DNA of 64,000 nucleotides from Pocillopora damicornis. Its lineage: Eukaryota. A program made the translations under genes and the position numbers. The stretch lies in contig NW_020846941.1 of NCBI RefSeq assembly GCF_003704095.1, forward strand, positions 434,001 through 498,000. Direction: 5' to 3'. Of the stretch, positions 1-12,641 are shown one piece after another (position 1 is the first letter of the stretch; the number at the start of each line of letters is the position of its first letter). The notes below the pieces were generated by a model that did not search any database, was not told the origin of the DNA, and saw only the letters and a list, made by a program, of their open reading frames with translations.

Positions 1-337
1 CGTAAGAGTACACATGAAGTTCTTACATTTCTTCGAGGACTAAGTGTTCTTATACACTCAGTTTAAAACAAACTTGCTTTGGAAATGCTCCTCAATAGAA
101 TCCTGATTGAGGAACACTTAACAGCGCCTTTTTCGAAGCAAACTAAAGTTCTGAGCAGATATAGCAAATGTAATTAAAGCAACGAGCTTCTCTGTGAGAA
201 AAATGGACAAATACCCACTTTCACTGCCTCCAACGTCCTTCCTGAGGTATGGACGTGGGATTAAAACTAGCTGTATCCGTCATGAAACAAACAACGGATA
301 CTGGATTACTTTGCCTGCCTTTCAAAAATTAAAGCGC

Positions 338-665
338 CTTTTCTGACAACCGTCCCCCTATTTCTATTTCGTTGTTTATACTTTTTATCCTACTTTCTCA
401 GTGTTATATCTGTATGCTATATTTCAATTTACGTCAAAGTTCGTCGCAGTCGTCATCCTCAACACCATGTTGCAGATGGGCTGAAGGAAAGAAGACTGAC
501 GAGTACATTATTTCTATTCATCCTTAGATCTTTGTTAACTTCCCTGCCGAAGGTATCCTACTTGGGTGTGTCTAACTTTCCTGAGCTAATTTTTCGCCTT
601 TCCTTCCCGTCATTTTATGATATTGGTTTGGTAATAATGATATTTGTGACAATCAACTCTCTTTT
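338..665 (+). pseudogene. Truncated GPCR paralogue (ECL2 to TM7 fragment)
   Basis: Translates to RCLYFLSYFLSVISVCYISIYVKVRRSRHPQHHVADGLKERRLTSTLFLFILRSLLTSLPKV...FVTINSL. Frameshift near the 5' end, no recognisable TM1-TM3 directly upstream, and homology stops just before NPxxY where a MITE begins. Confidence 0.85.
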
Positions 666-671
666 TTTTCC

Positions 672-878
672 CCAACAATTTGTATCCTGACTTCAACATC
701 CATATTCTTCGTATTCTTCTTTACACATTTTCTTTGGTACTAACAAAGAGAATTGGTTTAACAATCAAAGCTTCGTAGGTTGGAAATCATTTCCTATATT
801 CTAGTGACCTAAATTAATGTTTCAGCAGTATTGTTGTAAGGATAAATTAGATGCTCGTCACTCTTAGGGTTTAAGAGT
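672..878. mobile_element. ~200-bp TTAA-type (piggyBac-like) MITE, family A
   Basis: Reverse-complement match to copies at 35785-35992, 44001-44164 and 44986-45177 (aattagatgctcgtcactcttagggtttaagag). Confidence 0.75.
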
Positions 879-1382
879 ACAGCTCACACTAAAGAAAAAA
901 AAAAAAAAACAAGGGTTATTTGTCAGGATTATAACTATTGATACTACTATTATTACCAATATAATTATTGTTATATTTACTGTGATTTTTATGCAAAGTA
1001 AAATTAGAATGAAATAGAGTGCTTGGTAAAGAAGATTATAAGTCCAGCCTCAACACTGTATCTACAAATGGGTGTTGATGGTAAGAAATTACCACAAGAA
1101 AGGAAAACCTGTCTTCAAGTTTAAGTATTCCTTTTAAAATGAAGTTAGCTAGTAAGCATTCTTATTTCATTTACGATAAAATACAAACAGATACTAACAT
1201 AATATGCAATACAATAACATAGATCCAAAAATTAGGGTAAATCAACGAGGATAAAAACTGAAATGGGCTTTCGGTACCCGCTGGGACATTGAAAAACTTC
1301 AGCACGCAAGAAAAAGAGCATCACTTGACCATTGATTGAAAATTAGACCATTTGCCTTTATTTGTAAGTTATTTGTTGAATT

Positions 1383-1600
1383 AACAGTGGCAACATTACT
1401 CATTACAAGAAAGACGAAGACCTGCCTCCCACTGCATTCCATTTTTTTGTTTTGTTTTGTTTCATCTCAGAATTAAATGTGTGGGCGTAGTCAGACTTGA
1501 TATCATCACCGTTATAATATTGTATTTGTGAGGCAGCACCAGCTATAGAGGAAGAGTAAAATCAGATCTGGCCCATGTATCTCTTGATCTCTTTCTTACC
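1383..1600 (+). pseudogene. Degenerate GPCR relic (N-terminus to TM2)
   Basis: cctgcctcccactgcattcc resembles 8428-8448; atcatcacc..ttgtatttgtgaggcagcaccagctaTAGaggaagagta resembles 12720-12771 with an in-frame stop and indels. Confidence 0.7.
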
Positions 1601-1984
1601 CAGAGCAGTGCATAAGCCTTTGTGGATTGAATACGTCGAGCGGGATTTACTATGTTCTAGTGCATCACAGAATGTGCCTATGTCCACCGTATTGTGCTTA
1701 AAAAGTAGTGCACTTAGTCACGCATGCTGATTTATAGTTAGGGTATGACGTAGATTTTTGAAAAGTGTAAGACTGTTAAGCATATTTAAATGTGTAAATC
1801 TTTTATCAAGATTTTATTAGCTGTTAGGCCTCCTCTGAAGCTGTGTTGCAGACTATAACAGACTACCATAAAGTGGGGTCTTTCAAGACATATATCTCGA
1901 GTGTATTGCCAAGGTTTGTAAACATACAACATTTCAGTTATAGAACACCAAGGGACTTAGAGATGTAGCAGGAGAGAAAAACAC

Positions 1985-2180
1985 ACGCCTCCTATCGCTG
2001 TGGCCCGGGTCTGACTCCTAAACCTAGCGGGTAACATTGTTTTTCATCTTTTGGGTTCTTTTCATTACTCCAAAGGTTTTCCTCCTCGTGCCCCAGTTTT
2101 CCTTCCACTGTCAAACCAACACTCCGAAATGCAACTATACATGAAAATAATGAAGTAGAACCTTCTAGAGAATGTCCGCG
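1985..2180 (+). mobile_element. Degenerate tRNA-derived SINE (related copy ~15575-15705)
   Basis: gcctcc...tgtggcccgggt.tgactcc head followed by ggttttcctcc...cagttttccttcc..caaaccaac core; a similar pattern occurs at 15575. Confidence 0.5.
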
Positions 2181-2404
2181 GTTAGATACAATTTATAACC
2201 ATAAAAACCCTTAGACTTTTTCTCTGAAGTAATGGCAAATTGGAATTTAGTGCAAAACTATGACAAATGTCACCGTGCGGTGGTTTTACAAATCATCACC
2301 TCCCATAAGGAAGAGGTGGTTGCGAGATTGTCTTCTCTAAATCTTTTGAATCGTTGCGCAAAGTTTGTTAAACCTCACGTCGGTTGTAACTCGATATCTA
2401 TCTA

Positions 2405-3630
2405 TCTAATTCTTTTTTCTATATTCCTCGTTTTACTTATTTACTTACTCGAATAGATAGTTGGCAACCTTGGGAGTCTGCTTGATAATAGGGACCTTTA
2501 GAAAATCACGACGGTGACAGCAACGAAGACGTGGCAAAACAAAAATTTAATGGACAGAACATTAACTAAGCACATGCGTTTTAAATTTTTGTTCATTTCC
2601 TAGCCGTCCTCTGCAAACCAACAACGTAAAATCGCCAAAATTTGCGTCGTCTGCGTAGGGGAACCGCGACGGCAAATTAGTTTAATTTCCATATGGAACT
2701 GAACGCTGCTTATATACGTTAGGCTGAAGTTGTAGCGCCATTAAAGACGGTAAACACATCCAGCCATTTTCGAAACTCTAACTAAAAATAGATATTCATG
2801 TTTCAATCGACGTCTTCCTTGGCGTTGCCGTCCTGACGGCTAAATGTTCCTTTATGGCCAGAATTGCGAGCCGGTATACTAAAAGTAATTTCATAAAACG
2901 GCGCTTGCGTTCGTCCTATCTAGTCCGTGTTTGTTTAGCCATTATGATAGAAATCTCGACCTGCTGACAGCCATTCGTATTACATCTTGACGTGAGTGCA
3001 GCTAAATTTTGATGCACAGTTCCCGCCGAGTTTAGACCATCGTTTAGCCGCGAGTTTCAAAACTTTCAAGATTGTTAGATCGCTACATCCCAATTTAGAT
3101 GGACTTCGTGCAGCTTAAAATGAAAATCAAAACGGATATGTTTAAAAACCACGACAGTCTTGCCCCTGGCTACGCCTCGAGCAACCCTTGTCTCGTACTC
3201 TCCAATGTTTTAATTCCTTTTTTATTATTCCTCGTTTTACTTATTTACAAACTGAAATAGATAGTTGGCTACCTTGGGAGTTTGCTGGATAATTGCCAGA
3301 ATTCAGAGCCGGTATACTCAAAATGATATCATGAAACGGCGCTTGCGTTCGTCCCGTCTAATCCGTGTCTAGCCATTATGGTAGAAATCTCGACGTGCAT
3401 ACAGCCATGCGCATTACATCTTGACGCGTGCAGCTAAATTTTTTTGCAAAGTTCTCTCCCAGTTTAAACCATCGTTTAGCCGCGAGTTTCAAAACTTTCA
3501 AGAAGTTAGAACTGCTCCATCCCAATTAAGATGGACTTTGTGCAACTTAAAATGAAAATTAAAGTAAATATGTTTAAAAGTCTTGCCCCTGGCTACGCCT
3601 CGAGCAACCCTTGTCTCGTGCTCTTCAAAC
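2405..3630 (+). repeat. Tandem duplication of a ~420-440-bp unit (copy 1 ~2405-3205 including the MITE; copy 2 ~3210-3630)
   Basis: Both copies run from ttcctcgttttacttattta..atagatagttgg through ccggtatact..aaacggcgcttgcgttcgtcc to gtcttgcccctggctacgcctcgagcaacccttgtctcgt. Confidence 0.9.
2490..2852. mobile_element. ~360-bp MITE with imperfect terminal inverted repeats, inserted into one copy of a tandem duplication
   Basis: Ends agggacctttag / ctaaatgttcctt with subterminal inverted gacggtgacagcaacgaagacg / cgtcttccttggcgttgccgtc; absent from the paralogous site at ~3290. Confidence 0.8.
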
Positions 3631-6600
3631 TTCCCGCGTGCCTCCTTGATAGACGCATACTTATCATTCACCAATTCATAAATTTGTCAAACTTTAAACA
3701 GGTGTCTATAATTGCCTGAGACATCACATTCATAACTTTAGACAAAACTAGAAAATTATTATTCGTCAAAGCCTGAAAAGTTTTAGCGATTTCAAAATAA
3801 AATCTTCTTCGTTTTATGATTTTTCACCATGACTGTAAGTTCGTATTCAGATGTTTTTCACTTGACCATTGTCCTGGATGTTACTGTCCTACGTCATTAT
3901 CCTTAACAATGCCTAATAGCCCAACACATTCTTGAGTCCTCTTAGAATAGGAACACAATCAAAGTGTTTAAAAAATTTACCATGAACTCCTACTTATGAC
4001 AGACAACCTTAGACATCTTAAAAAACAACTTCTATAAATAGTCATTTCTTGATAAACTTACTCAACAGTATTCAATATCGGAATGAAATTGACCACAAAA
4101 TTGACCTTAGGGTTAAATGCTAGCACAGACGAGAAAGAAAACTGCCACCTGGTGTTTTTATTGCTCATTTATCAAATGAAGGTCAGTTGAAAAAATTAAT
4201 GTTAGAATTAGGCGTTACCATCGCGGATGCTGCAATATTTCGCTGTGATATGTTGTAATACGAAGAGCTTTTAAAATGTCCGTCAAGTGGATTTTCATCG
4301 CTTCGAGAGAAAAAATTGTTTGCTTTGTCGTCCATTCGAAAAATACTGAAGGGAAGTCCATCAACAGCATCTAAGGTCGCTAATTGTGGCAGTCAGTCGA
4401 CAAAGGAATAAGGCTTTTTTTCCAGTATAAAACAAATTAAGATTGCAAAATGGAAAGAATACTTGCACTTGATAATTAAAGCAAATCTTATTGGCTGAGT
4501 GTTAATCTTCATGATGGCAAAAAGCTGATTTTTTTTAAGAGTGTTCGAAAACAAAAAAATAATATACTGGCACCCTAACAATTTATTGAGTGGCGACACC
4601 AGACAAAAGACATATTTTTGTATATGCTAGATAACACTTGTTGATGTCCTTAAAAAGATCATTGCTTATTCATCCTCTGAAATGTTTCGTAGATTTTATA
4701 GTTCAATTATCGTCAATACCAAGGTACCTTTGTAAATATTGACACGACATTTGAAGAAATTAACTGGAAGAGCCCTTGTGTGGTTTACCAATATCCTGAA
4801 TGACAAATTTCATATTTGTCTCAAGGTTTGATACACACTTTGATATTTTTAATGAGCCCAGGCTAGGAATATCGATGACCGGCAAGCTAAATTTAAGCAC
4901 GAAGTTTGATGAGTCTTCCCATCAAGTTTTTATTGGCTTCGGTTTTATGACTGTTTGTTAAGATGTTCATATGATTTTCTATCGCTCAGGAAAGGGGAAC
5001 GTCTACTACACCCCTGCCTGTGTGAAATTTCTCAGGGTAAGTCCACTTATAGGAATTCTGACAAACTTAACAATCGCGTTGAATGAGTTGTAAAGGACGC
5101 CCTGATAATAAATTGAGGGAAATAGTGTCTGAAATATTGCCCGGGGCCGGAGACACAGTTAGTCGGCAATGTAAACTATAGATTACAAAGTGTACGTTGA
5201 ATTCAAACACCAACGCGAGTGGGACTAAGATGAATACAGAAAAAATGTGTTTTCTTAGTCTTCATGATAGCAACGAAGCAAAAATCTCGGATGCCTTCCA
5301 ATTGTGAGATAGAAGCTGAAATTGAGCCGCAAAAAACAAACTGACCTAGACTACACACAGTTGCTACGACTGTTTACTTGTAGCGGGCAGATTTCTTTGC
5401 AGATTTTTCCTTTAGGGCAAATTTAATTGAAACATTTGTTTGACAAACGCACAAGAAGAGATTTGTCTGAAAAGTAACCACAATACGTCATAATTGTAAT
5501 GAAAAATTCAGAACCATCTGGGTCCAAAATTTTGTTGTGTACCACGACCTTTCGACGTTCCATTTTTGTCATTATCAAATAAGTCAATAAGCTAGAGATC
5601 AGATATGAATTTGGAAGAAAAAAAAAAGACAAGAAAAAAGTAAAGAAAATTGCAAGAGACATGAATACAATGGTGAAAAGACATTAATGAAATAGAGAGT
5701 AGCGGGCAGAGTCACGCATCATAAATTCCATGGGTTTTTTGATAGACTTCTCTCTTAATGATAGAATTCTCTCTTAAGTTCTTTCAAAACGCAGTTGTTG
5801 CGTTTTCTTCACGTTATTCTTGCGGTATAAAATCATTTGATGTACAATCATTCCATATACCAAGAGAACGAGACAAAATATCGACTTAACATCTTCTAGA
5901 ATGATAGGTATGTAATCGTGACGCATCTGTATTCCACTGGAGCGTTCAAAGTCAAGAGGAAACGATTTATTGGCCGACCAAACAGAAATAAAGGTGCATA
6001 AGTTTACCAAAGTTTTTAATCAGAGGTTCGAGGGATAATTTGTTCGATAAAAGCATACGGTCGCGCGCTAAGGAGCCGATACAAGATTACAAGAACGAAA
6101 GTTTAAGCTGTAATACTTATTGAGGAAGGATTAGGTAGTAGGATTAAGATAAAAAAAACAGAGGGAAAGGAGATGAATAGGGTGGAACGTTTTAGAGTTG
6201 GAAAGTGGGCAGAACTTACTTCAGGAAGATTGACCCCTAAGGCATCTGTGTTTGTTGCAGAATCTATAGGCTCTGTGGGTGGTACAATCAAAGGAGGCGG
6301 AGCTCATACTCGAAAATAGTATCTTAAAGAAATTTTATTTTCTCTTTTTCATAACTAAGACTGCAAAGTCACAGTTAGAATAAGACGATCTTTCGAGTTC
6401 GCGATCACTCTTGTAAAATTAAGTGGTGAGTCGGATTTGAAAACGTTTGTGGGTAACTTGAAGTCAAATTTTCGTGTTCATGTTTTCTCCTTGGTTCTAG
6501 AAAACTAATTCAAATTCGTCATGTTAAAATCTTTAAAGATTTGTGTTTTTTGTGCCACCAAAAAGGAAGACCTGAAACTCGTTCAAATCAAATTCGTTAA

Positions 6601-6808
6601 ACAAATCAATCCACAGAACTACTGAGGGAATCTGTGTTTAAGGCACGCTAATACTAGCTTTTATGGTCGAAATCTAAGAAAACTGACCACTCAAATTTTC
6701 TTATGTCCGACGTCAGATCAAATTCCAATCTTAGAGGAGGGAATTTTTAACATTTGTCACATTTTCCAACAATGTGTACTTTGCTTATTTCATTCCTTAT
6801 TTTTTCAG

Positions 6809-6923
6809 GTTCTGATCCAGATCTCAAGCAGCGCACACCATCGCGATTTTCCTTTAGACTGCCTTAAATTCAAGTTAACTCAGAGGATCTTCATACTTAG
6901 TACAGTGGATTCACCCACTTACT
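6809..6923 (+). other. Candidate 5'-UTR exon of the GPCR at 8363
   Basis: Strong acceptor (tttttttcag| at 6808) and donor (|gtaag at 6924); an upstream donor gtgagt at 6426 and an acceptor ctccattcacag| at 8326 just before the ATG. Confidence 0.4.
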
Positions 6924-8362
6924 GTAAGATATAGTTTGTTTCTTTTTCACTTTGTCTGTAGCAGGCATATTTTACCGTGTTCTTGCTAATGGTCACTTAT
7001 AGGCCTGCTAGAATTTTGTCAGGATGTATTTCTTGAGACAGGAGATCATTATCTAATGAGGTGTGAACGAATCTTTGGTAGGCATCAACTCTGTCCAATA
7101 TTTGTCGTTAAGTTAGGCCGAAACATGGTCTAAGTGCACGTTGTTACTATAGTGGCAACTATCACTTCTATACTGCATTATTTTGATCGCATGCAAGTAT
7201 TGGCGAGGAGTGCGAGGACCTGTTGCCGCCTTTGAACTGCTTCCCTGCTTTTATGCGCTCTAAGTGCCTCCTAATTTCATCCCTGCCAACTGAAATGGGA
7301 CATTGTCTGAAATCTTTTAACGCCAATCTTTCTCTTTTTTAAGGTGTTTTAATCTGCTCCTATGAGAAGGCTAAAAACCGGCCTGGAAATTTTTTATTTG
7401 GAGATTTTAACGCTTTCTGCATAGCAAAAACTTTGATATCTCGCCAGTTTTTCATACCTAATGGAGAGCCGGAAAAAACCCGGTGCTTTTGTGTCATGAG
7501 TGTCGCTATGGAGCAGGGCGCTTGTTTCCCAAACAGAGATTGATATTGCTGGTGGCAACCACAAATCAGTTTATTGCGCAACGTTTTAGTGTCACCCTCA
7601 CAATTCTCAACTTCTTCATACATGCTAATTATAGAAAAATTTCAAAACTGGAATGGTGTTAAGTAGTTTAATACCGATTAGAGAGAGCAATAGCATGTAA
7701 TCGCAAATGACAAATTCACAGTCTAGCGACTATTAAGCCTCGAGCAACTCTTGTGCGTTTTTCTTGTGCTCCCAATTTTTCGGCGCGCATCCTTTAATCG
7801 ATGTATAAACACTAAGCATGAACTAATTGTTAATTTTAGCGGATCACATGCGGCAAAAGCGAAGCGACAGTGCCATGAGATATTGTAGTCTTTTTTCTTA
7901 AGCAAAACTGGGACCAACTCTATAAGGATCGCGATACCGCTCAAAAATTATTCGTAACTCTTATCAACAAGAAGCCAGATTTTTCTTGCTAATCGAACCA
8001 GCTGGGTTCAGGGAGTCATCGTGAAAAGGCTTGCAATTAAGAATCGGTTTATTGCAGGATTTTGTAAAAAAAAAAAAAAAGAGAAACTAATGTAACTATA
8101 AATTACAAACTCTAAGAGCTCTCTCTCTTAAATATTTAACAAAAGTGCTTGACAATCAGCCCATATTTTTTGATCAAATGGCCCTCTGTCGTGTATTCTT
8201 GGAATGCCAAAATCCAAAAGCATATGTTGCTACCAGCTGAAACTTTGAAAAATACAATAAAATGACAGGTTCTGCATCAATGTATCTTTGACTGTAAAAT
8301 CTTTAACAGTTTCTCTCCATTCACAGGTCGTCTGGTAGGGTCCCAATTTCAGCGCTAACTTG

Positions 8363-9313
8363 ATGGCTACCAACAGCAGTAACGACATTACCTATAGTGA
8401 AACGAGCAACGTGGACGCGATACCTGTTCCTGCCTGTCATTGCATTCCCTGGCTAGTTGTATTCGGCATTCTAAGTCTGGCGATAGTCAGCCTTAATCTC
8501 ATCACCATTATTATTTTTGTGAAGCTGCCCCGGCTACAGCGCCGAAGCATATACTTCATCATCCATCTTGCAACAGTCGATCTCTTGGTCGGAGTGGTTG
8601 TAGGGCCTCTGCTCATTCTCAATAATGGAAATGGGTTCTGTCATCTATGGGAGTTAAGGTCTAACCCCAATTGGTTACTTAAATTAAGAATAATTGCAAG
8701 CCATGCATTTTATCAAGTCTCTCTCCTTAACCTCGCTGTAATTGCATTAGAACGACTACATGCAGCAGCTCGTCCTTTGAAACATCGTTTTATCAAGAAA
8801 CGGGTTTATGGAGTGATTATCGCTCTCACTTGGTTGCTGCCTTTAGCCGTGAACGTGTTAGAAATAGAATTAGTCACCTTTTCTGACAACCGCGTCCCTC
8901 CATTTTTGATTCGCTGTTTATACTCTTCAATCCTTCTCTCTCTTATGTGCGTATGTTATATTTCAATTTATATCAAAGTTCGTTGTAGTCGTCATCCTCA
9001 ACACCATGGCGCAGTCGGCCGGAGGGAGAGAAAATTGACGAGTACATTATTTCTCGTCACCCTCGGATCATTGTTAACTTACTTACCAAAGGTGGTCTTC
9101 TGGGGTGTGTTTAATTTTCCGGAGCTATCTAATAGTCTTCCCAAACAGATAACTTTTAACATCTATATGGCAGTACTGACAATTGTGACATTCAACTCGC
9201 TAATAAATCCTATAATTTACGCCATACGGATGCCAGAATTTAGAGCAGCTATAAATCAAATGATATTTCGTAAGTCTACAAACCGCTTAAGCCCAGTCGA
9301 TTTTCCCCTTTGA
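8363..9313 (+). CDS. Single-coding-exon rhodopsin-class (class A) orphan GPCR, 316 aa
   Basis: Seven hydrophobic segments; TM1 N, TM2 HLATVDLL, TM3 ERLH (DRY variant), TM4 W, TM6 YLP, TM7 NPIIY; N-terminal NSS sequon. ATG at 8363 (the ORF track started at a TTG at 8360). Confidence 0.93.
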   Translation: MATNSSNDITYSETSNVDAIPVPACHCIPWLVVFGILSLAIVSLNLITIIIFVKLPRLQRRSIYFIIHLATVDLLVGVVVGPLLILNNGNGFCHLWELRSNPNWLLKLRIIASHAFYQVSLLNLAVIALERLHAAARPLKHRFIKKRVYGVIIALTWLLPLAVNVLEIELVTFSDNRVPPFLIRCLYSSILLSLMCVCYISIYIKVRCSRHPQHHGAVGRRERKLTSTLFLVTLGSLLTYLPKVVFWGVFNFPELSNSLPKQITFNIYMAVLTIVTFNSLINPIIYAIRMPEFRAAINQMIFRKSTNRLSPVDFPL

Positions 9314-9570
9314 GAACCTTTGATTTTTTTAATCTTAGGAGTACTGCACATTAAGTACTCTTATCATTTATCATGTTATCATTACTATCAGTTATTATTG
9401 ACTGTTTTACCAAAGCCCAGTTAACTTGCAAAAATAAAATGCCTGAAGAGAACAAGTTAAGGTTGTCCAATCTTCCCTTTTCAGTGTTAGTACAGATCGG
9501 TTCTCAGATGAGTGTTATGATGCTATTAGGAGGTTGAAAAGGAATTCCGGCTGTCTGTTAGGTAAAACTA

Positions 9571-9805
9571 CTAAGTAAGTAAATAAATATGTAAATAGGT
9601 TAGTAATTAAGAAATTGAGTAATTATGTATGCATGCATGCTTGTATGCATGTATGCAAGTAAGTAAATAAGTAAGTAAGTAAGTAGGTAAGTAAGTAAAT
9701 AAGTAAGTAAGTTAGTTATCTAGTAGTTAAGTAAGGAAATAAGTGAGTAAGTAAGTAAATAAGTAAGTGAGTAAGTTAGTAAGGTTAGTAAGTAAGTAAG
9801 CAAGT
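9571..9805 (+). repeat. Imperfect (TAAG)n microsatellite with an (ATGC/ATGT)n patch
   Basis: Directly visible. Confidence 0.95.
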
Positions 9806-9887
9806 TGCAAATCTTTCCTTGATCTCGTTAAGATACAATCAGATACTAACAAATACACATCTCAAACTCCGCTGGTATTAACGCATA

Positions 9888-10053
9888 GACCAGTTTTTTA
9901 ATTGAACGTCGAAAAACTAAAAGCAAAATAATTACAAATACCACTCAAAGCGACGGAGATGGTGGCGCGAGTATTCTGGACCAATCACAGAGCGAAGTAA
10001 AGAAATTCCAAACAATCCAGGATCACTTTTAATACTCAATTAAAAACTGTTCT
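9888..10053. mobile_element. MITE-like repeat with terminal inverted repeats
   Basis: agaccagtttttaattga ... tcaattaaaaactgttct; internal ccaatcac motif shared with ~35545-35780 and ~43885-43990. Confidence 0.55.
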
Positions 10054-10371
10054 TCTAAGTTTTAAGATTATTTGATTTTTGTTTCCATAAATGCCTCGTC
10101 TTTAATTATTAGAAAAGTAATTTTCTCTCTTGAATTAGTTCAGAGATCCCGCTTTCCTGATATTTTCAGGCAAACAATTATATTACTATTCAACTTTTTC
10201 GAAAATAATTATTTGGTGGCGATGGGATAGTTAGCACATTTATAGAAGGTAGTGTCCAACGGCGTAATGAATTTAGACCTGAATTACTCAGGAACAAGCT
10301 CCTGAGGGACTCATAAATAACTGGGCCGTTTGGAGAGAATACAAAGAGTTTAAATTCTCTCGGCCGTTTTA

Positions 10372-10622
10372 GTATGTATCTATGTAGATAAGTATGTATA
10401 CTTAATTGACCACTCCCCAGTGGGCTTTCAAGACCAATACGTATGATTGAATAAATATACGAATGAATGAATGGTTAAATAAACTGTTTGATAATCCCAA
10501 CTGGCAGGGGGCAGACCAATTGGCTATCTACAAAGCGCAGCCAATGAGCAAGGTGGACTTGACCACCACATTACAAGTCTAGCGCCCTTACCAGACTGCT
10601 AACATTCAGCCACCCTGCCTCC
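10372..10622 (-). mobile_element. tRNA-derived SINE with simple-repeat tail
   Basis: Reverse complement begins ggaggcagggtggctga..gtaagggcgctagacttgtaat (tRNA-like head) and ends ggggagtggtcaattaagtatacatac.. (repeat tail). Confidence 0.6.
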
Positions 10623-12641
10623 AAAAGTATGAGACTCTAAATACTAAGATTCTTTGTCCAATTTCGACTTTGAATAGTTATGTATCAGGGTCATAGTCAG
10701 AAAAAGGAAGGGCTTGTGCTACCCTACTTTGTAGCTTTTTAATTTTTATAGATAGCAAGTAGAGCAACAGCAATTATTCATTATGTTTTTCTGTTCTGAA
10801 CTGATGTATCAGTTAGAGGTGATACCAATAGTGTTTGTGGTAATTTTCCACTCCTTTGAGTAAGCACCGAAAACAAAAAGGTCTCGTCTTAGTTCAGTGA
10901 GACAGCATAAAATCATTATATTTCAGTTTTCTGAATTTCATATAGATCACAAAACGTTGTGAGTAGTAATTAAGACCAATCATTATTAATTTCCATAGTG
11001 ACAGTATAATTGATTCAGAAAGTAATAATAAAAAAAATAATTGAACTTCTCTGATGATATAAAAACATCTGTTGAAGTGTGGTCTCCGGAATACATATCA
11101 TGAGGTAAACAAAAAGTAGGTGATATTTGAAGAGGGGATTATGGAATCACTGCTTAAGACAGGGAATGTCGACATTGTACACTTCTTCTGCGCTATTTGA
11201 CTCCCTACTTGACACCCTCCAACTGTTGTAATCATTTTAGGTAGAATCTGATTGGCTACTCTTGTCGCGTGAAGCGCTTTTTTTCCCCTTGTTATTCTGA
11301 CCGCTAACTCTTACGCTGCTACTCCGTTTTAACCTGTATTGCGCCCCTGATTTGGCAAAATCTGAGTAGACTGCTCTTTTTTTGAAAACTTGATTAATCA
11401 CGAAGTACAGTTAAGTGAAAGCCTGGTGCCAACACGAATTTCGTCAATTTCTGTAAATGGATTATATTTGGCCGTTTGCTTCAGTCATTTCAGTCCAATG
11501 CAATCTGAGCTCTGTCTCTAAAAAAAGATTGGGCAATTTTTTCCCAAATAATGTAACCGCATTGGCGAAGTGTTTGAAAATCTGGTTTGGATTTGACTTG
11601 CGTAATGTGTTGGGTTCGCCAAATAAACGTTTTTCAGTCATTTACTTAATTAACTCTTACTTCCGTTAACACGAATTAACTTTTCTTTCTATTGGCCCAA
11701 ATTTTCCCCGACGCGGGAGGTTGTGCTTCTCTACGGCTGCTAGGAGAAGAATAATACTTGCCCTATAACATCCGAGCTAATCCATCGTGACGCGAAAAGG
11801 ACTAGTTACCTGGGTCAGATATGTTAACAATTGACATCGGCTGTTCAGCACCTTTTGAGAGCCTTGCAACTGCCAGAACCTGAAGGCTCTTGCGAGGACT
11901 GAAATTATTTCCTGGGTTCTAAATCATTTTAGAGAAACAAAGAGCCGCATTCTAATTTCGCTCAAAAAAACCTCATTAATTTTCACGTCCCATCAATAAC
12001 GAATAAAATCGCAATGTTTATTCAGTATATGGTCTTGCATATGTTCAAAAAGATTCCATTGGTTTGGCTTCTTGAGTATTACGCTCCCTTTATGAAAACC
12101 AGAACTGAAAAAAAGTTTCATTATACAGTATTAAGTAAAAAAATGAAAGAAAAGGAAAAAAAATTGACTTCATTCTCAAAATTACAGGGTTTGTAATTTT
12201 AAAAGTTTCTATCGCATTCGAGCGGAAATTAAAATCAATGAAATTGAAAGCAATTCACGCTATGCTTTTAATAGAAATGTCAAAGAGCATCCGCATCATT
12301 CATCCAAAAGAGGAGTGGTAATCAAACGCTGGATAACATTGAAGACAAGCAAATTACTTTTGCCATAACTGCTCATACCAAAAAATGGTGTTCGTGGTAA
12401 CATTCGGAACTCCAGCAGCGTTGAAAATGATTATTTACTAAGCTATTCTTCCAAGGCTCGGAATCAAACTGGTGCATCTGAAAAAAGTCATCTTTCATTC
12501 TAATTGTGCATATGTTAATATTGTTTGCCACGATTATAACTCGTATGTTCGAATTCATACTAAGAGCATTAGGAAGATTCTTGTAAACAGCCAAAGCCAT
12601 CAACGACCCTGACTTATGAGAACGCGAGCCAGAAAGTTGAG

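Noticed and set aside
1610-1930. Possible decayed LINE reverse-transcriptase fragment on the minus strand (similar hint at ~6940-7320)
   Set aside because: Only vague motif resemblance with stops and frameshifts; cannot be supported without a search.
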